Origin: Pseudomonadota bacterium | GTDB taxonomy: Bacteria; Pseudomonadota; Gammaproteobacteria; UBA4575 | DNA length: 55,194 nucleotides | Assembly: GCA_039182865.1 (NCBI GenBank) | Contig: JBCDBX010000004.1 | Location: forward strand, 1 to 55,194 | Reading direction: 5' to 3' | Shown: positions 32,230-40,885 of the stretch, piece by piece | Position numbering within the stretch: the stretch's first letter is position 1 | Layout of the letters: every line of letters begins with the position of its first letter | Notes under the pieces: generated by a model | Databases searched by the model: none | What the model saw: only the letters and a program-made list of their open reading frames with translations | Told to the model about the DNA's origin: nothing | Made by a program: the position numbers and the translations under genes

Positions 32230-32712
32230 ATGTTGAATTTTATTAAGTTTCACATAAAAGTCGTTTACTTTGGCTTATTAATCATAGGTGTATTACTATT
32301 CGTGCTGTCTTTATTTAGTCCATTAATGACAGTAAGAAGTCTGTATATATTTACAGATACTATAACATTAATCTCAATATTATCTGATTTGCTTCACACT
32401 GATGAATGGCTTTTATTTATCCTTATTCTAGTGTTTACTATTATGCTTCCTACCCTAAAGTATTTCGTATTATTTCTAAATGGGGTATCAAGACATAATT
32501 CTAATTTGTATTTTCGTTCATTAAGTATTTTAGAGTTTGTAAGCAAATGGGCAATGCTAGATGTATTTATCGTTGCAATCGCAATTACAGTTATAAAATT
32601 TAACTCTGTTACTTTGGGTACAACAGAATATGGATTGTACTTTTTCGTCATTTCGATATTGCTATCGATGGGGTGCGTCCAATTAAAAAAGCTATTTGTC
32701 GAGTTATCCTGA
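32230..32712 (+). CDS. half-length PqiA-family (paraquat-inducible protein A-like) membrane protein
   Basis: 160 aa and about 4 TM helices. The block SKWAMLDVFIVAIAITVIKF resembles the conserved PqiA-repeat motif. Only one repeat is present, there is no N-terminal Cys pair, and no pqiB/MCE gene lies nearby. Confidence 0.6.
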   Translation: MLNFIKFHIKVVYFGLLIIGVLLFVLSLFSPLMTVRSLYIFTDTITLISILSDLLHTDEWLLFILILVFTIMLPTLKYFVLFLNGVSRHNSNLYFRSLSILEFVSKWAMLDVFIVAIAITVIKFNSVTLGTTEYGLYFFVISILLSMGCVQLKKLFVELS

Positions 32713-34560
32713 TTACTGCTCTAGTTCGTTAGATAAACGCTTTAAGTCTTGGTCATCAGGCGCTACTCTAAAAGCGCGATTCAAGAATACTCTCGCTCTT
32801 CTAAAATTATTATTATTTATATCTGTGTTTATCCAATCTTTATAGCGCTCTACAATCCTGGCAAGACCGTCGGAGGCTTGTTGGTTTTCTGGATCAATTT
32901 GTAGAATTAATTGGTAGGTACTAAAAGCATTACTAATATCTGGCGTAGTCAGTTCCTTTTTGGAAAATTGCTCAGCTGCAATTTCCAATAAGACATCTAC
33001 TGTCTGCTCGTTAATATTATTGGTTGTAGCATCTTTTGGTGCAACCTGATTAAGTACTTCATTGTTTATGGGTGCCTTTTCAATATTCTCATCAGCTTTA
33101 GCGTTAGAATAATCTTCTGGGTTAACCGGTTCTAATGATTCATCATCTATAATTTCTTCATTAGATGTTTCAATATTAGATATTTCTACAGGCTCATCCG
33201 CTGGGGGTTGCTCAGTAATGATTGATTGCGCTTGTGTCTCATTATCAACAGTAATTTCTTGTGGATAAGCAGGCGCAATGATTTCTTCCTCAGGAAGTGT
33301 GATTTCCTCAAAGGTTTCATCTAGGCTATCCTCTTGCGGTTGGTTTGCTATAACTTGTTGAATATCATTTTTATTGTCTTGTTCAAGCTTCATTAATTCT
33401 GGTGAAAAATAATATAAAACAAAAGCTATCAGACAAATTACTAGAATCCAGGCAAGCACTGGTTTTTTGTTTTCATTTGCTGTTACGGGTATGTCAACGG
33501 TGGGGCGTGAATCAATAATATCTTCGGACTTAGTAGTACTAGTGAATTGTTTTTTTTCTTCTCCCAAAATGCCTTTATTTTCTTGGGAGTGTAGAGTCGG
33601 TATTTTCTTTTCTTGTGATTTTTCATTTGTTCTAACAAATTTCTTTAAAGTATTTTCTGTATATTCAGGACTGTTTGTTGTACTAGATTCATCTCCAAAG
33701 TTATTAGAGGGTTTTATGAGTGGCTTTTGTTTTTTAACACTTGATATTTCAACATTCTCGTCAAAGTTATAATTATCTGGAGGATAGTCCGCTAATAAAT
33801 TCTTACCAGTTTCTGGACCAGCAGATAGTAGCTCACCAAACATTTGATTAACTAAAGTTGAATCTATTTTTAAAGCAGTTTTATGATTTGCATAAAGACG
33901 GCACCATTCTAAAATTATAGATGCCTCATACAAACTTCCTGTTGCATGTGTGGCGATAAATTTTAAAGCTGAAGTATCAAACTGTAGTTTTTTGTTGGGG
34001 GTAATATCTTGCTGTTGAGCATCAATATAAGATTGAATGTCTTCTTGACTTATTTTGTCTAATGAACATTCTGAGATGGTAAGATCATTTATTCCTTTGG
34101 CTTCTTTTACTGTGATTACAAAGATTGGATCGCAAACGAGTAAAATAGAAATATGGTTGTTCTCTTTATTTAAGGAGCTGACAACGTCACATAATTCTTC
34201 AATATCACTGGCCTTCAAATCATCTGCATTATCTAGAATGACAATAAAATATTTTTCGCTGTGTGTTGATCCAAGTATGAGATCTGCCATGTCGGCCAAG
34301 TCAGATATTGAAGCGCCGTCATGATTATCATCTTTTAGGAAAAAATCCCCAGTGAGAGAAAATGTGCGTATTTCTTTGTTGTATCTTTTTAGAATGTCCT
34401 CAACAGACCTAAATCTTGATTGACGATCGACACTGGTGACTATGATAATATCAGCACAGCTTCGTATGTGTTGAAGTATGTATTGTTCAACAGTTTCTCT
34501 TTGGATATTTAGATGTCTATCATCCTCTTCCAATACAAATGAAGCTTCATTTTTAATCAT
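32713..34560 (-). CDS. ExeA/GspA/MshM-like P-loop-fold protein with degenerate Walker motifs, single TM, acidic linker and TPR-like C-terminus
   Basis: Collinear with the paralogue at 40886..42400, but IIIVTSVDRQSRF replaces ILTGERGVGKTTF and VILDNADDL replaces LIIDDAHHL. The TM helix is VLAWILVICLIAFVLYYF. The C-terminal helical repeats read ...YQLILQIDPENQQASDGLARIVERY...RARVFLNRAFRVAPDDQDL. Confidence 0.65.
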   Translation of the reverse strand: MIKNEASFVLEEDDRHLNIQRETVEQYILQHIRSCADIIIVTSVDRQSRFRSVEDILKRYNKEIRTFSLTGDFFLKDDNHDGASISDLADMADLILGSTHSEKYFIVILDNADDLKASDIEELCDVVSSLNKENNHISILLVCDPIFVITVKEAKGINDLTISECSLDKISQEDIQSYIDAQQQDITPNKKLQFDTSALKFIATHATGSLYEASIILEWCRLYANHKTALKIDSTLVNQMFGELLSAGPETGKNLLADYPPDNYNFDENVEISSVKKQKPLIKPSNNFGDESSTTNSPEYTENTLKKFVRTNEKSQEKKIPTLHSQENKGILGEEKKQFTSTTKSEDIIDSRPTVDIPVTANENKKPVLAWILVICLIAFVLYYFSPELMKLEQDNKNDIQQVIANQPQEDSLDETFEEITLPEEEIIAPAYPQEITVDNETQAQSIITEQPPADEPVEISNIETSNEEIIDDESLEPVNPEDYSNAKADENIEKAPINNEVLNQVAPKDATTNNINEQTVDVLLEIAAEQFSKKELTTPDISNAFSTYQLILQIDPENQQASDGLARIVERYKDWINTDINNNNFRRARVFLNRAFRVAPDDQDLKRLSNELEQ

Positions 34561-34744
34561 TTAATCACATTTTGCTAAAAGCACTAGATGTTACAGTATA
34601 CGCATTACAGACATTTAAAAATTTGCTTAATTTCACGCAAATTCTACCAAACATGTGAAAAATGAATGATATACATCGAATTAGGAAGTGTTTTAAGCTT
34701 AAATTTAGACATTTTAACTGCATCAACTTATTTGTGAGGTAACC

Positions 34745-36025
34745 GTGACTGAGAATTCAACCCAAGGTTTTGCTACTAGAGCTGTTCATGCGGGTGCTGT
34801 ACCCGATCCAAGTACTGGCGCCAGATCTGTACCGATTACACAAGCAACAGCGTTTGTATTCAAAGATGCGGATCATGCAGCCTCTTTGTTCGGATTAGAA
34901 GAAATGGGCTTTATATATTCTAGACTAACAAATCCAACTGTCAGTGTTTTCCAAGAAAGAGTAGCGAGTCTAGAGGGCGGCGTTGGAGCAACATGTACTG
35001 CTTCCGGACATTCAGCTCAATTACTGGCTATGTTTGCCTTAATGGAAAATGGTGATGATTTTGTTGCATCCAACAAATTATACGGCGGTTCCATAACTCA
35101 GTTTGGTCATACATTTAAAAAGTTTGGGTGGAATGTGATTTTTGTTGATCCTGTTGATCCTGAAAATTTTAGAAAAGCTATTACACCTAAAACTAAAGCT
35201 GTTTTTACTGAAAGTCTCGCAAACCCAGGCGGTGTTATATGTGATATCGAAAAGATTTCTGAGATAGCACATGAAGCAGGCGTACCATGTATTGTTGACA
35301 ATACACTTCCTTCCCCAGCGCTATGTAGACCATTTGAGTTTGGTGCTGATATCGTTGTGCACTCAACAACTAAATTCATATCTGGACACGGAAATGCCAT
35401 GGGAGGCGCAGTTGTTGACTCTGGTAATTTTAACTGGTCACAAAATGATAAGTTCAAAAGTTTAACAGAGAGTTGTGACGCATATCACGGCTTAAATTTT
35501 TACGAAACTTTTGGTCCGATGGCTTATACACTATTTTGTCACGCAGTAGGTTTACGTGACCTAGGTCCTACAATGTCGGCAATGAATGCTTTTCTCTCTC
35601 TAACGGGTGCCGAGACTTTACAGCTACGTATGAAAAAACATGCTGACAATGCTTTAGAAGTTGCAACATGGTTATCAAAACATGACGCAGTTGAATGGGT
35701 ATCCTATGCAGGCTTAAGCGATAGCCCATTTTATTCGCTTGCGCAAAAGTATTGCCCTGAGGGTGCTGGAGCCGTATTTACATTTGGTGTAAAAGGTGGA
35801 TATGAAGCAGGCACGAAAGTTGTTGATCAATGTAAGTTATTTTCCCATGTTGCTAACATAGGAGATACTCGTTCTTTAATTATTCATCCTGCATCTACAA
35901 CACATCGACAGTTAACTGAAGAACAACAGATTTCTGCTGGAGCAGGGCCTGAGGTCGTTAGGCTCTCAATTGGTATAGAAGATGCAGAGGATATTATTGC
36001 TGACTTAGACCAAGCACTATCTTAA
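34745..36025 (+). CDS. metY: O-acetylhomoserine sulfhydrylase (PLP-dependent, Cys/Met metabolism family)
   Basis: 426 aa. The PLP-lysine context is HSTTKFISGHG; GDTRSLIIHPASTTH is also present. GTG start with a GAGG SD 5 nt upstream. Confidence 0.88.
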   Translation: MTENSTQGFATRAVHAGAVPDPSTGARSVPITQATAFVFKDADHAASLFGLEEMGFIYSRLTNPTVSVFQERVASLEGGVGATCTASGHSAQLLAMFALMENGDDFVASNKLYGGSITQFGHTFKKFGWNVIFVDPVDPENFRKAITPKTKAVFTESLANPGGVICDIEKISEIAHEAGVPCIVDNTLPSPALCRPFEFGADIVVHSTTKFISGHGNAMGGAVVDSGNFNWSQNDKFKSLTESCDAYHGLNFYETFGPMAYTLFCHAVGLRDLGPTMSAMNAFLSLTGAETLQLRMKKHADNALEVATWLSKHDAVEWVSYAGLSDSPFYSLAQKYCPEGAGAVFTFGVKGGYEAGTKVVDQCKLFSHVANIGDTRSLIIHPASTTHRQLTEEQQISAGAGPEVVRLSIGIEDAEDIIADLDQALS

Positions 36026-36048
36026 TTTATTTGAACAAACCATCTATA

Positions 36049-36077
36049 GAGCAGCTTTGATAATATTAAAGCTGCTC
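36049..36077. terminator. 10-bp perfect hairpin between convergent metY and the substrate-binding-protein gene
   Basis: GAGCAGCTTT-gataatatt-AAAGCTGCTC. The flanking A/T runs are on the wrong side for a canonical U-tail on either strand, so terminator function is tentative. Confidence 0.4.
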
Positions 36078-36090
36078 CAAAAAAAGTTGA

Positions 36091-36951
36091 TTATTCAGGT
36101 GTAGCATTCAGTTGATATAGTGCCTCATGCAGTGGTGGCATATCTTTCGAAAACCCCCCGAACCATTTATTGTAAATCTGAAAAATTTGGCCAGTACGAT
36201 TTAATTGGGATAACGCACTATTGGCAATCAATCTAAAATCAGCATCATTGCGTTTCACCGCTAAGGCAAAAGGTTCAAATGAATAAACTTGGGGTGTTAT
36301 AGCGAGATTATTTTTATCTTCAGCTGTTATTGCTAATCCAATAAGAACAACTTGGTCAGAGGTGAACGCTGCAATCTTTTTATCGCGTAATGCATCTAAC
36401 GCTTCTTTAGCAGATTTATATGTAATGACATCCGCATTTGTTAAAGTTTCATTAAGCATTTCTTTTAATGTTTTCTCTGTAGTAGTATTTTCTACTACAC
36501 CAATTATTTTCCCATCCAATTCTGCAAGCTCAGAAAATTCTTCACCTTTTAGTGTCATAAAAGATGCACCGGTAACAAATGTATCTTGTGTGAAATCAAC
36601 TAATTCACTGCGCGATAAAGTTTTTGTTGTTGAACCACATAGAATATCTATCTTGCCATCAACAATTGAAGTAAACCTGTTTTCAGCTGATACTGGGATA
36701 TATTCAATATCAATCTCTTTACCAATATGAGTACTTATATTTGCAGCAATGCGGTTGCATAAATCAATTGAATAACCTATTGGATTGCCTTCTTTATCAG
36801 TAAATGACATGGGAGGTTCAGACTGGCGGTAGCCAATTTTAATTTTTCCACTTTGTTTAATCGATTCTAAAGTGCTTGAATCGGCAATGGCCAAAGGAAC
36901 TGAAATTAATAGCAAACTGGTAACGAATAGTGAAATTAAATATTTCATCAA
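36091..36951 (-). CDS. periplasmic amino-acid-type substrate-binding protein (SBP family 3), orphan
   Basis: Signal peptide, then KIGYRQSEPPMSF...GYSIDL and a typical two-lobe SBP_bac_3 pattern. No adjacent permease or ATPase genes. Confidence 0.8.
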   Translation of the reverse strand: MMKYLISLFVTSLLLISVPLAIADSSTLESIKQSGKIKIGYRQSEPPMSFTDKEGNPIGYSIDLCNRIAANISTHIGKEIDIEYIPVSAENRFTSIVDGKIDILCGSTTKTLSRSELVDFTQDTFVTGASFMTLKGEEFSELAELDGKIIGVVENTTTEKTLKEMLNETLTNADVITYKSAKEALDALRDKKIAAFTSDQVVLIGLAITAEDKNNLAITPQVYSFEPFALAVKRNDADFRLIANSALSQLNRTGQIFQIYNKWFGGFSKDMPPLHEALYQLNATPE

Positions 36952-37053
36952 AACCCCCTGATTTATTTTTATGTTATTGGGATATTTGTGATTCTAACCG
37001 TTATTTTCATACGAATACAGTACCCTTCGAAGGAACTTAAACCTAGGGGATAT

Positions 37054-37130
37054 TGGTGGGCCCGGTAGGACTCGAACCTACGACAAAAGGATTATGAGTC
37101 CTCTGCTCTAACCAACTGAGCTACGGGCCC
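37054..37130 (-). tRNA. tRNA with CAU anticodon, probably tRNA-Ile2 (lysidine); alternatively elongator tRNA-Met
   Basis: The reverse complement is GGGCCCGTAGCTCAGTTGGTTAGAGCAGAGGACTCATAATCCTTTTGTCGTAGGTTCGAGTCCTACCGGGCCCACCA. It folds as a cloverleaf with a 7-bp acceptor stem, anticodon loop CUCAUAA, a TTCGAGT T-loop and an encoded CCA. Confidence 0.9.
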
Positions 37131-37172
37131 GTGTGAAGCGCGAAGTTTATTTCTCTAATGAGTTTTATACAA

Positions 37173-39014
37173 CTATTCTAGCTCTAAGAAACTACGCAGT
37201 TGTTCAGAACGAGTTGGATGACGTAGCTTGCGTAATGCTTTTGCCTCAATTTGACGTATGCGTTCACGCGTAACATCGAACTGTTTGCCCACTTCTTCTA
37301 AAGTATGATCGGTATTCATATCGATACCGAAACGCATACGCAATACTTTTGCTTCTCTAGGCGTTAAAGAGGCAAGAATTTCACGAGTGGCTTCACTTAA
37401 ACCAACACCTGAAGCGGCTTCAACTGGTGACTCAATATTTGCATCTTCGATGAAATCACCAAGATGTGAGTCTTCGTCATCACCAATTGGAGTTTCCATT
37501 GATATGGGCTCTTTAGCAATTTTTAATACCTTGCGTACTTTGTCCTCAGGCATTTCCATGCGCTCAGCTAATTCTTCAGGTGTTGCTTCGCGCCCCATCT
37601 CTTGTAGCATTTGACGTGAGATCCGGTTTAGTTTGTTGATAGTCTCTATCATATGCACAGGTATACGTATTGTTCTCGCTTGATCTGCGATAGAACGAGT
37701 AATAGCTTGACGGATCCACCAAGTTGCATATGTTGAAAATTTATAGCCACGGCGATATTCAAATTTGTCGACAGCTTTCATCAATCCGATATTACCTTCT
37801 TGAATAAGGTCTAGGAATTGAAGGCCACGGTTGGTATATTTTTTTGCAATGGAAATAACCAAACGTAAGTTTGCTTCAACCATTTCCTTTTTAGCGCGCC
37901 TCGCTTTAGCTTCGCCGATCGACATGCGTCGATTAATTTCTTTTATTTCAGCAATAGTAAGTTTCGCATTTTCTTGCAAGCTGGCAAGTTTTTCTTGTTC
38001 TTTAATCGTTTCATCTTTAACTTCATTTAAAGATTCGGAAAATGCAGCTTTTTCATTAATTAGATCATTGACCCATTCTGTATTGGTTTCATTTTCTGTG
38101 AAAGTTTCAATAAATCTTTTCTTAGGCATGCGTGAGTAATCTACACACAAAGCCATAATGAGTCGTTCATGATTTCTAATGCTTTGTACTGTGATACGTA
38201 AACTTTGCGCCAGAGTATCTATCACTTTCTGAGTCAATTTGAGTCGCATAAAATATTCTGCAACTTCTTCACGTGCCGCGACGGCTTTTTTCGCACTTTT
38301 TTGAACAGTCGCAGTTTGAGAGGTTTTATAAAGTTTAGCCAGAGTTTCAAAATGTTCACGGGCCTCTTCTGGGTCTGGTCCAGTATCAATTTCTTCTTCC
38401 TCTTCATCATCGTCTGATTCGTTTTCAGCTTCTTGATTATTTTGATTAACCACTGCAGGTGAAGGGATCTCATCCTCTTCTGCATCTGGATCAATAAAAC
38501 CAGAAATTAGATCAGTTAGACGCATTTCTTCTGCTTCAACTTTTGCGTACAAAAGAAGCAATGTTTCAATCGAACGAGGATAATGGCCAATCGCAAACAA
38601 GACCTGAGAGAGGCCTTCTTCGATTCGTTTAGCAATTTTGATTTCTCCTTCGCGGGTAAGGAGATTAACGGTTCCCATTTCACGCATATACATACGCACG
38701 GGATCTGTTGTGCGACCAAATTCGCTATCGACCGAGGCTAGTGCCGCGGCAGCTTCTTCGGCAATGTCTTCATCAGTAGCGGCAGTCTCTGAAAGCAGTA
38801 GAGATTGTTCATCAGGTGCTTGCTCATGGACGACGATTCCCATATCGTTGATCATGCTGATGATGTCTTCAATTTGCTCTGGGTCAACAATTGAATTTGG
38901 AAGATGATCGTTGACTTCAGCGTAGGTTAAATAGCCTTGCTCCTTGCCTTTAGCAATCAGATCTTTAAGACTATATTCTTGGTTTTGCTGCTCAGTATTT
39001 GAATCTGGTTCCAT
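37173..39014 (-). CDS. rpoD: RNA polymerase sigma factor RpoD (sigma-70)
   Basis: Near-identical blocks to E. coli RpoD ([31 protein letters not shown], region 2 through 4.2). The start is placed at MEPDS (39014) by alignment with the E. coli N-terminus; the alternative is 39053. Confidence 0.95.
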   Translation of the reverse strand: MEPDSNTEQQNQEYSLKDLIAKGKEQGYLTYAEVNDHLPNSIVDPEQIEDIISMINDMGIVVHEQAPDEQSLLLSETAATDEDIAEEAAAALASVDSEFGRTTDPVRMYMREMGTVNLLTREGEIKIAKRIEEGLSQVLFAIGHYPRSIETLLLLYAKVEAEEMRLTDLISGFIDPDAEEDEIPSPAVVNQNNQEAENESDDDEEEEEIDTGPDPEEAREHFETLAKLYKTSQTATVQKSAKKAVAAREEVAEYFMRLKLTQKVIDTLAQSLRITVQSIRNHERLIMALCVDYSRMPKKRFIETFTENETNTEWVNDLINEKAAFSESLNEVKDETIKEQEKLASLQENAKLTIAEIKEINRRMSIGEAKARRAKKEMVEANLRLVISIAKKYTNRGLQFLDLIQEGNIGLMKAVDKFEYRRGYKFSTYATWWIRQAITRSIADQARTIRIPVHMIETINKLNRISRQMLQEMGREATPEELAERMEMPEDKVRKVLKIAKEPISMETPIGDDEDSHLGDFIEDANIESPVEAASGVGLSEATREILASLTPREAKVLRMRFGIDMNTDHTLEEVGKQFDVTRERIRQIEAKALRKLRHPTRSEQLRSFLELE

Positions 39015-39137
39015 GAGTTTTCCGCTGAATTTACGTTTAAACAAACCGGCCATTATAGTCTGATTTTATAAGTTTACCTACCCACCAAATGAGAGGGATA
39101 TAGGGTTTGAGGATGATAATTAAGCCGTTAATGCCTG

Positions 39138-40802
39138 CTAAGTTTCTTGTTGTTCTATGATCATATCAAGTTCAACTCGGCGAATATCCTGCTTGAATCG
39201 TTCCATCGTCTGCTTAAACGACGATTCCCGATTTTCCATGTCTGGAGGATCCCACATAATCAATTTTTGCAATATGCTGTATTCATCACGGGAGCGAAAA
39301 CGCTCGATCAATGCACTGCTCCCTATATTAGGTTCATCATTGATAATTTCAAGCAACTCTATAAACAGTTTAATGCCTGGATCTTTACCTAGGTGATGTA
39401 GATCCTCTATCGGTAAAGTATGCTCCAGAAGCGAAGGTTCTCTTAGGATTAAAGCAACGGCTAGACGGGTTTTAGTATATTTTAACGAGCGTGAACTCGT
39501 TACAGACTGCTTAGCTGGATTATTATAATTGCCAATGGTTGAACTGCTGTTGGTAATATTTGTGCCTACTCGTTTGTTTAATTCCTTGTACATCAGATCG
39601 CGAAACACTATTTTAGGCAGCTTATTTAATAAGGGCTGGGCGTTACTGGCCAGCTTGGCTTTTCCGTCCGGGGTACTGATATCCACTTCTTTGCATAGTT
39701 TAGTAAAAAAGAAATCAGATAATGGTGAGGCCTCATTTATGTAATTTTGAAATGATGCTTTTCCTAGAGATCGTATAAAAGAGTCAGGATCTTCACCTTG
39801 CGGCATGAAGGCAAAACGAATATCAATGCCATCTTTATATTCAGGAAGAATCTGTTCTAGTGCCTTCCATGCAGCAGCATTACCAGCACGATCGCCATCA
39901 AAGCAAAAAACCAAGTTAGAGCAGAAGCGTAAAAGGTTTCGTATGTTCTGACTTGTAGTTGCTGTGCCTAAGGTTGCGATTGAGTTTTTAACATCATGCT
40001 GAGCAAGTGCCACAACATCCATATAACCTTCAACAATAATAAGCTGCTTAATTTTTCCTAGTGCTCGGCGCGCTTCATACAAACCATATAAGGTATTACT
40101 TTTACGGAATAGATCAGTTTCAGGGCTATTAATATACTTCGGCATACTATCGTCGATAGCGCGACCGCCAAAAGCGATGACACGGCCTCTTGTGTCCTTG
40201 ATAGGAAATATAATCCGATTGCGAAAACGATCATATACTTTTGATGGAGATTTTTCTGAGAGTAAGCCAGATTTAATAAGTGAATCATTAGTATAATTTG
40301 TTTCTAAAGCTTTTTTTATATTATCAAAACCTTGTGGTGCAAAGCCGATATTAAAGTCGGCACAAATTTCACCAGAGATCCCTCGTGACTTTAGATAATC
40401 AATCGCAATTTGATTATTGCGTAATTGTTGCTGATAAAATTTATTGGCATCACTCAGGGTGTTAAATAAATCATGATGATTATTTTTCGGTGCAGTACCT
40501 TGCTCGTATGTCACTTCAATTCCTAGACGACTCGCTAGCATTTCGATTGCTTCTACAAACTGTAATCCTTCATGTTCCATCAGAAAAGTAATGGCTGTGC
40601 CATGAGCGCCGCATCCGAAACAATGGTAGAACTGTTTCTCTGGGCTAACGGTAAAGGAAGGCGTTTTTTCTCCGTGAAATGGACAGCAAGCAATAAATTC
40701 TTTGCCTTTAGGTTTTAGATCAATATAGCTACCGATTAAATCAACAATATCCGTTTGATTTAAGATTTGGTCGATAAAAGGCTGTGGAATTTTTCCAGCC
40801 AT
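39138..40802 (-). CDS. dnaG: DNA primase
   Basis: Zn-finger CCPFHGEKTPSFTV...YHCFGCGAHG and TOPRIM motifs (IIVEGYMDV, FDGDRAG). Confidence 0.95.
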   Translation of the reverse strand: MAGKIPQPFIDQILNQTDIVDLIGSYIDLKPKGKEFIACCPFHGEKTPSFTVSPEKQFYHCFGCGAHGTAITFLMEHEGLQFVEAIEMLASRLGIEVTYEQGTAPKNNHHDLFNTLSDANKFYQQQLRNNQIAIDYLKSRGISGEICADFNIGFAPQGFDNIKKALETNYTNDSLIKSGLLSEKSPSKVYDRFRNRIIFPIKDTRGRVIAFGGRAIDDSMPKYINSPETDLFRKSNTLYGLYEARRALGKIKQLIIVEGYMDVVALAQHDVKNSIATLGTATTSQNIRNLLRFCSNLVFCFDGDRAGNAAAWKALEQILPEYKDGIDIRFAFMPQGEDPDSFIRSLGKASFQNYINEASPLSDFFFTKLCKEVDISTPDGKAKLASNAQPLLNKLPKIVFRDLMYKELNKRVGTNITNSSSTIGNYNNPAKQSVTSSRSLKYTKTRLAVALILREPSLLEHTLPIEDLHHLGKDPGIKLFIELLEIINDEPNIGSSALIERFRSRDEYSILQKLIMWDPPDMENRESSFKQTMERFKQDIRRVELDMIIEQQET

Positions 40803-40885
40803 ATAATTGAGCTCTCAGTTGAAGTTTTGTATAGAGGCTACTAGCTAACTGACACTTGTCAAGAGTTACTGCTAGTCATTAATAA

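Noticed and set aside
33550-33557. An 8-nt homopolymer (A8 on the coding strand, in GEEKKQF) inside the ExeA-like gene, as a possible phase-variation tract.
   Set aside because: Eight A/T bases is short for efficient slippage, and such runs are common in Lys-rich AT-rich coding sequence. The frame is intact.
28493-34560. The accessory stretch as a genomic island or mobile element.
   Set aside because: I saw no integrase, transposase, phage or conjugation genes and no flanking direct repeats, and the stretch is not adjacent to the tRNA (about 2.5 kb away with metY in between). I report it only as a compositionally distinct islet.
34609-34714. The motif AGACATTT occurs twice (34609..34616 and 34707..34714) upstream of metY and resembles half of a MetJ box (AGACGTCT).
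   Set aside because: There are only two isolated copies about 100 bp apart and no tandem 8-bp boxes. The match is partial and the background is AT-rich. I also saw no riboswitch-like conserved structure in the 184-bp leader.
37024-37033. A perfect 10-bp palindrome, CCTTCGAAGG, just downstream of the tRNA, considered as a terminator.
   Set aside because: There is no loop and no U-run, and it is too short to be distinguished from chance.
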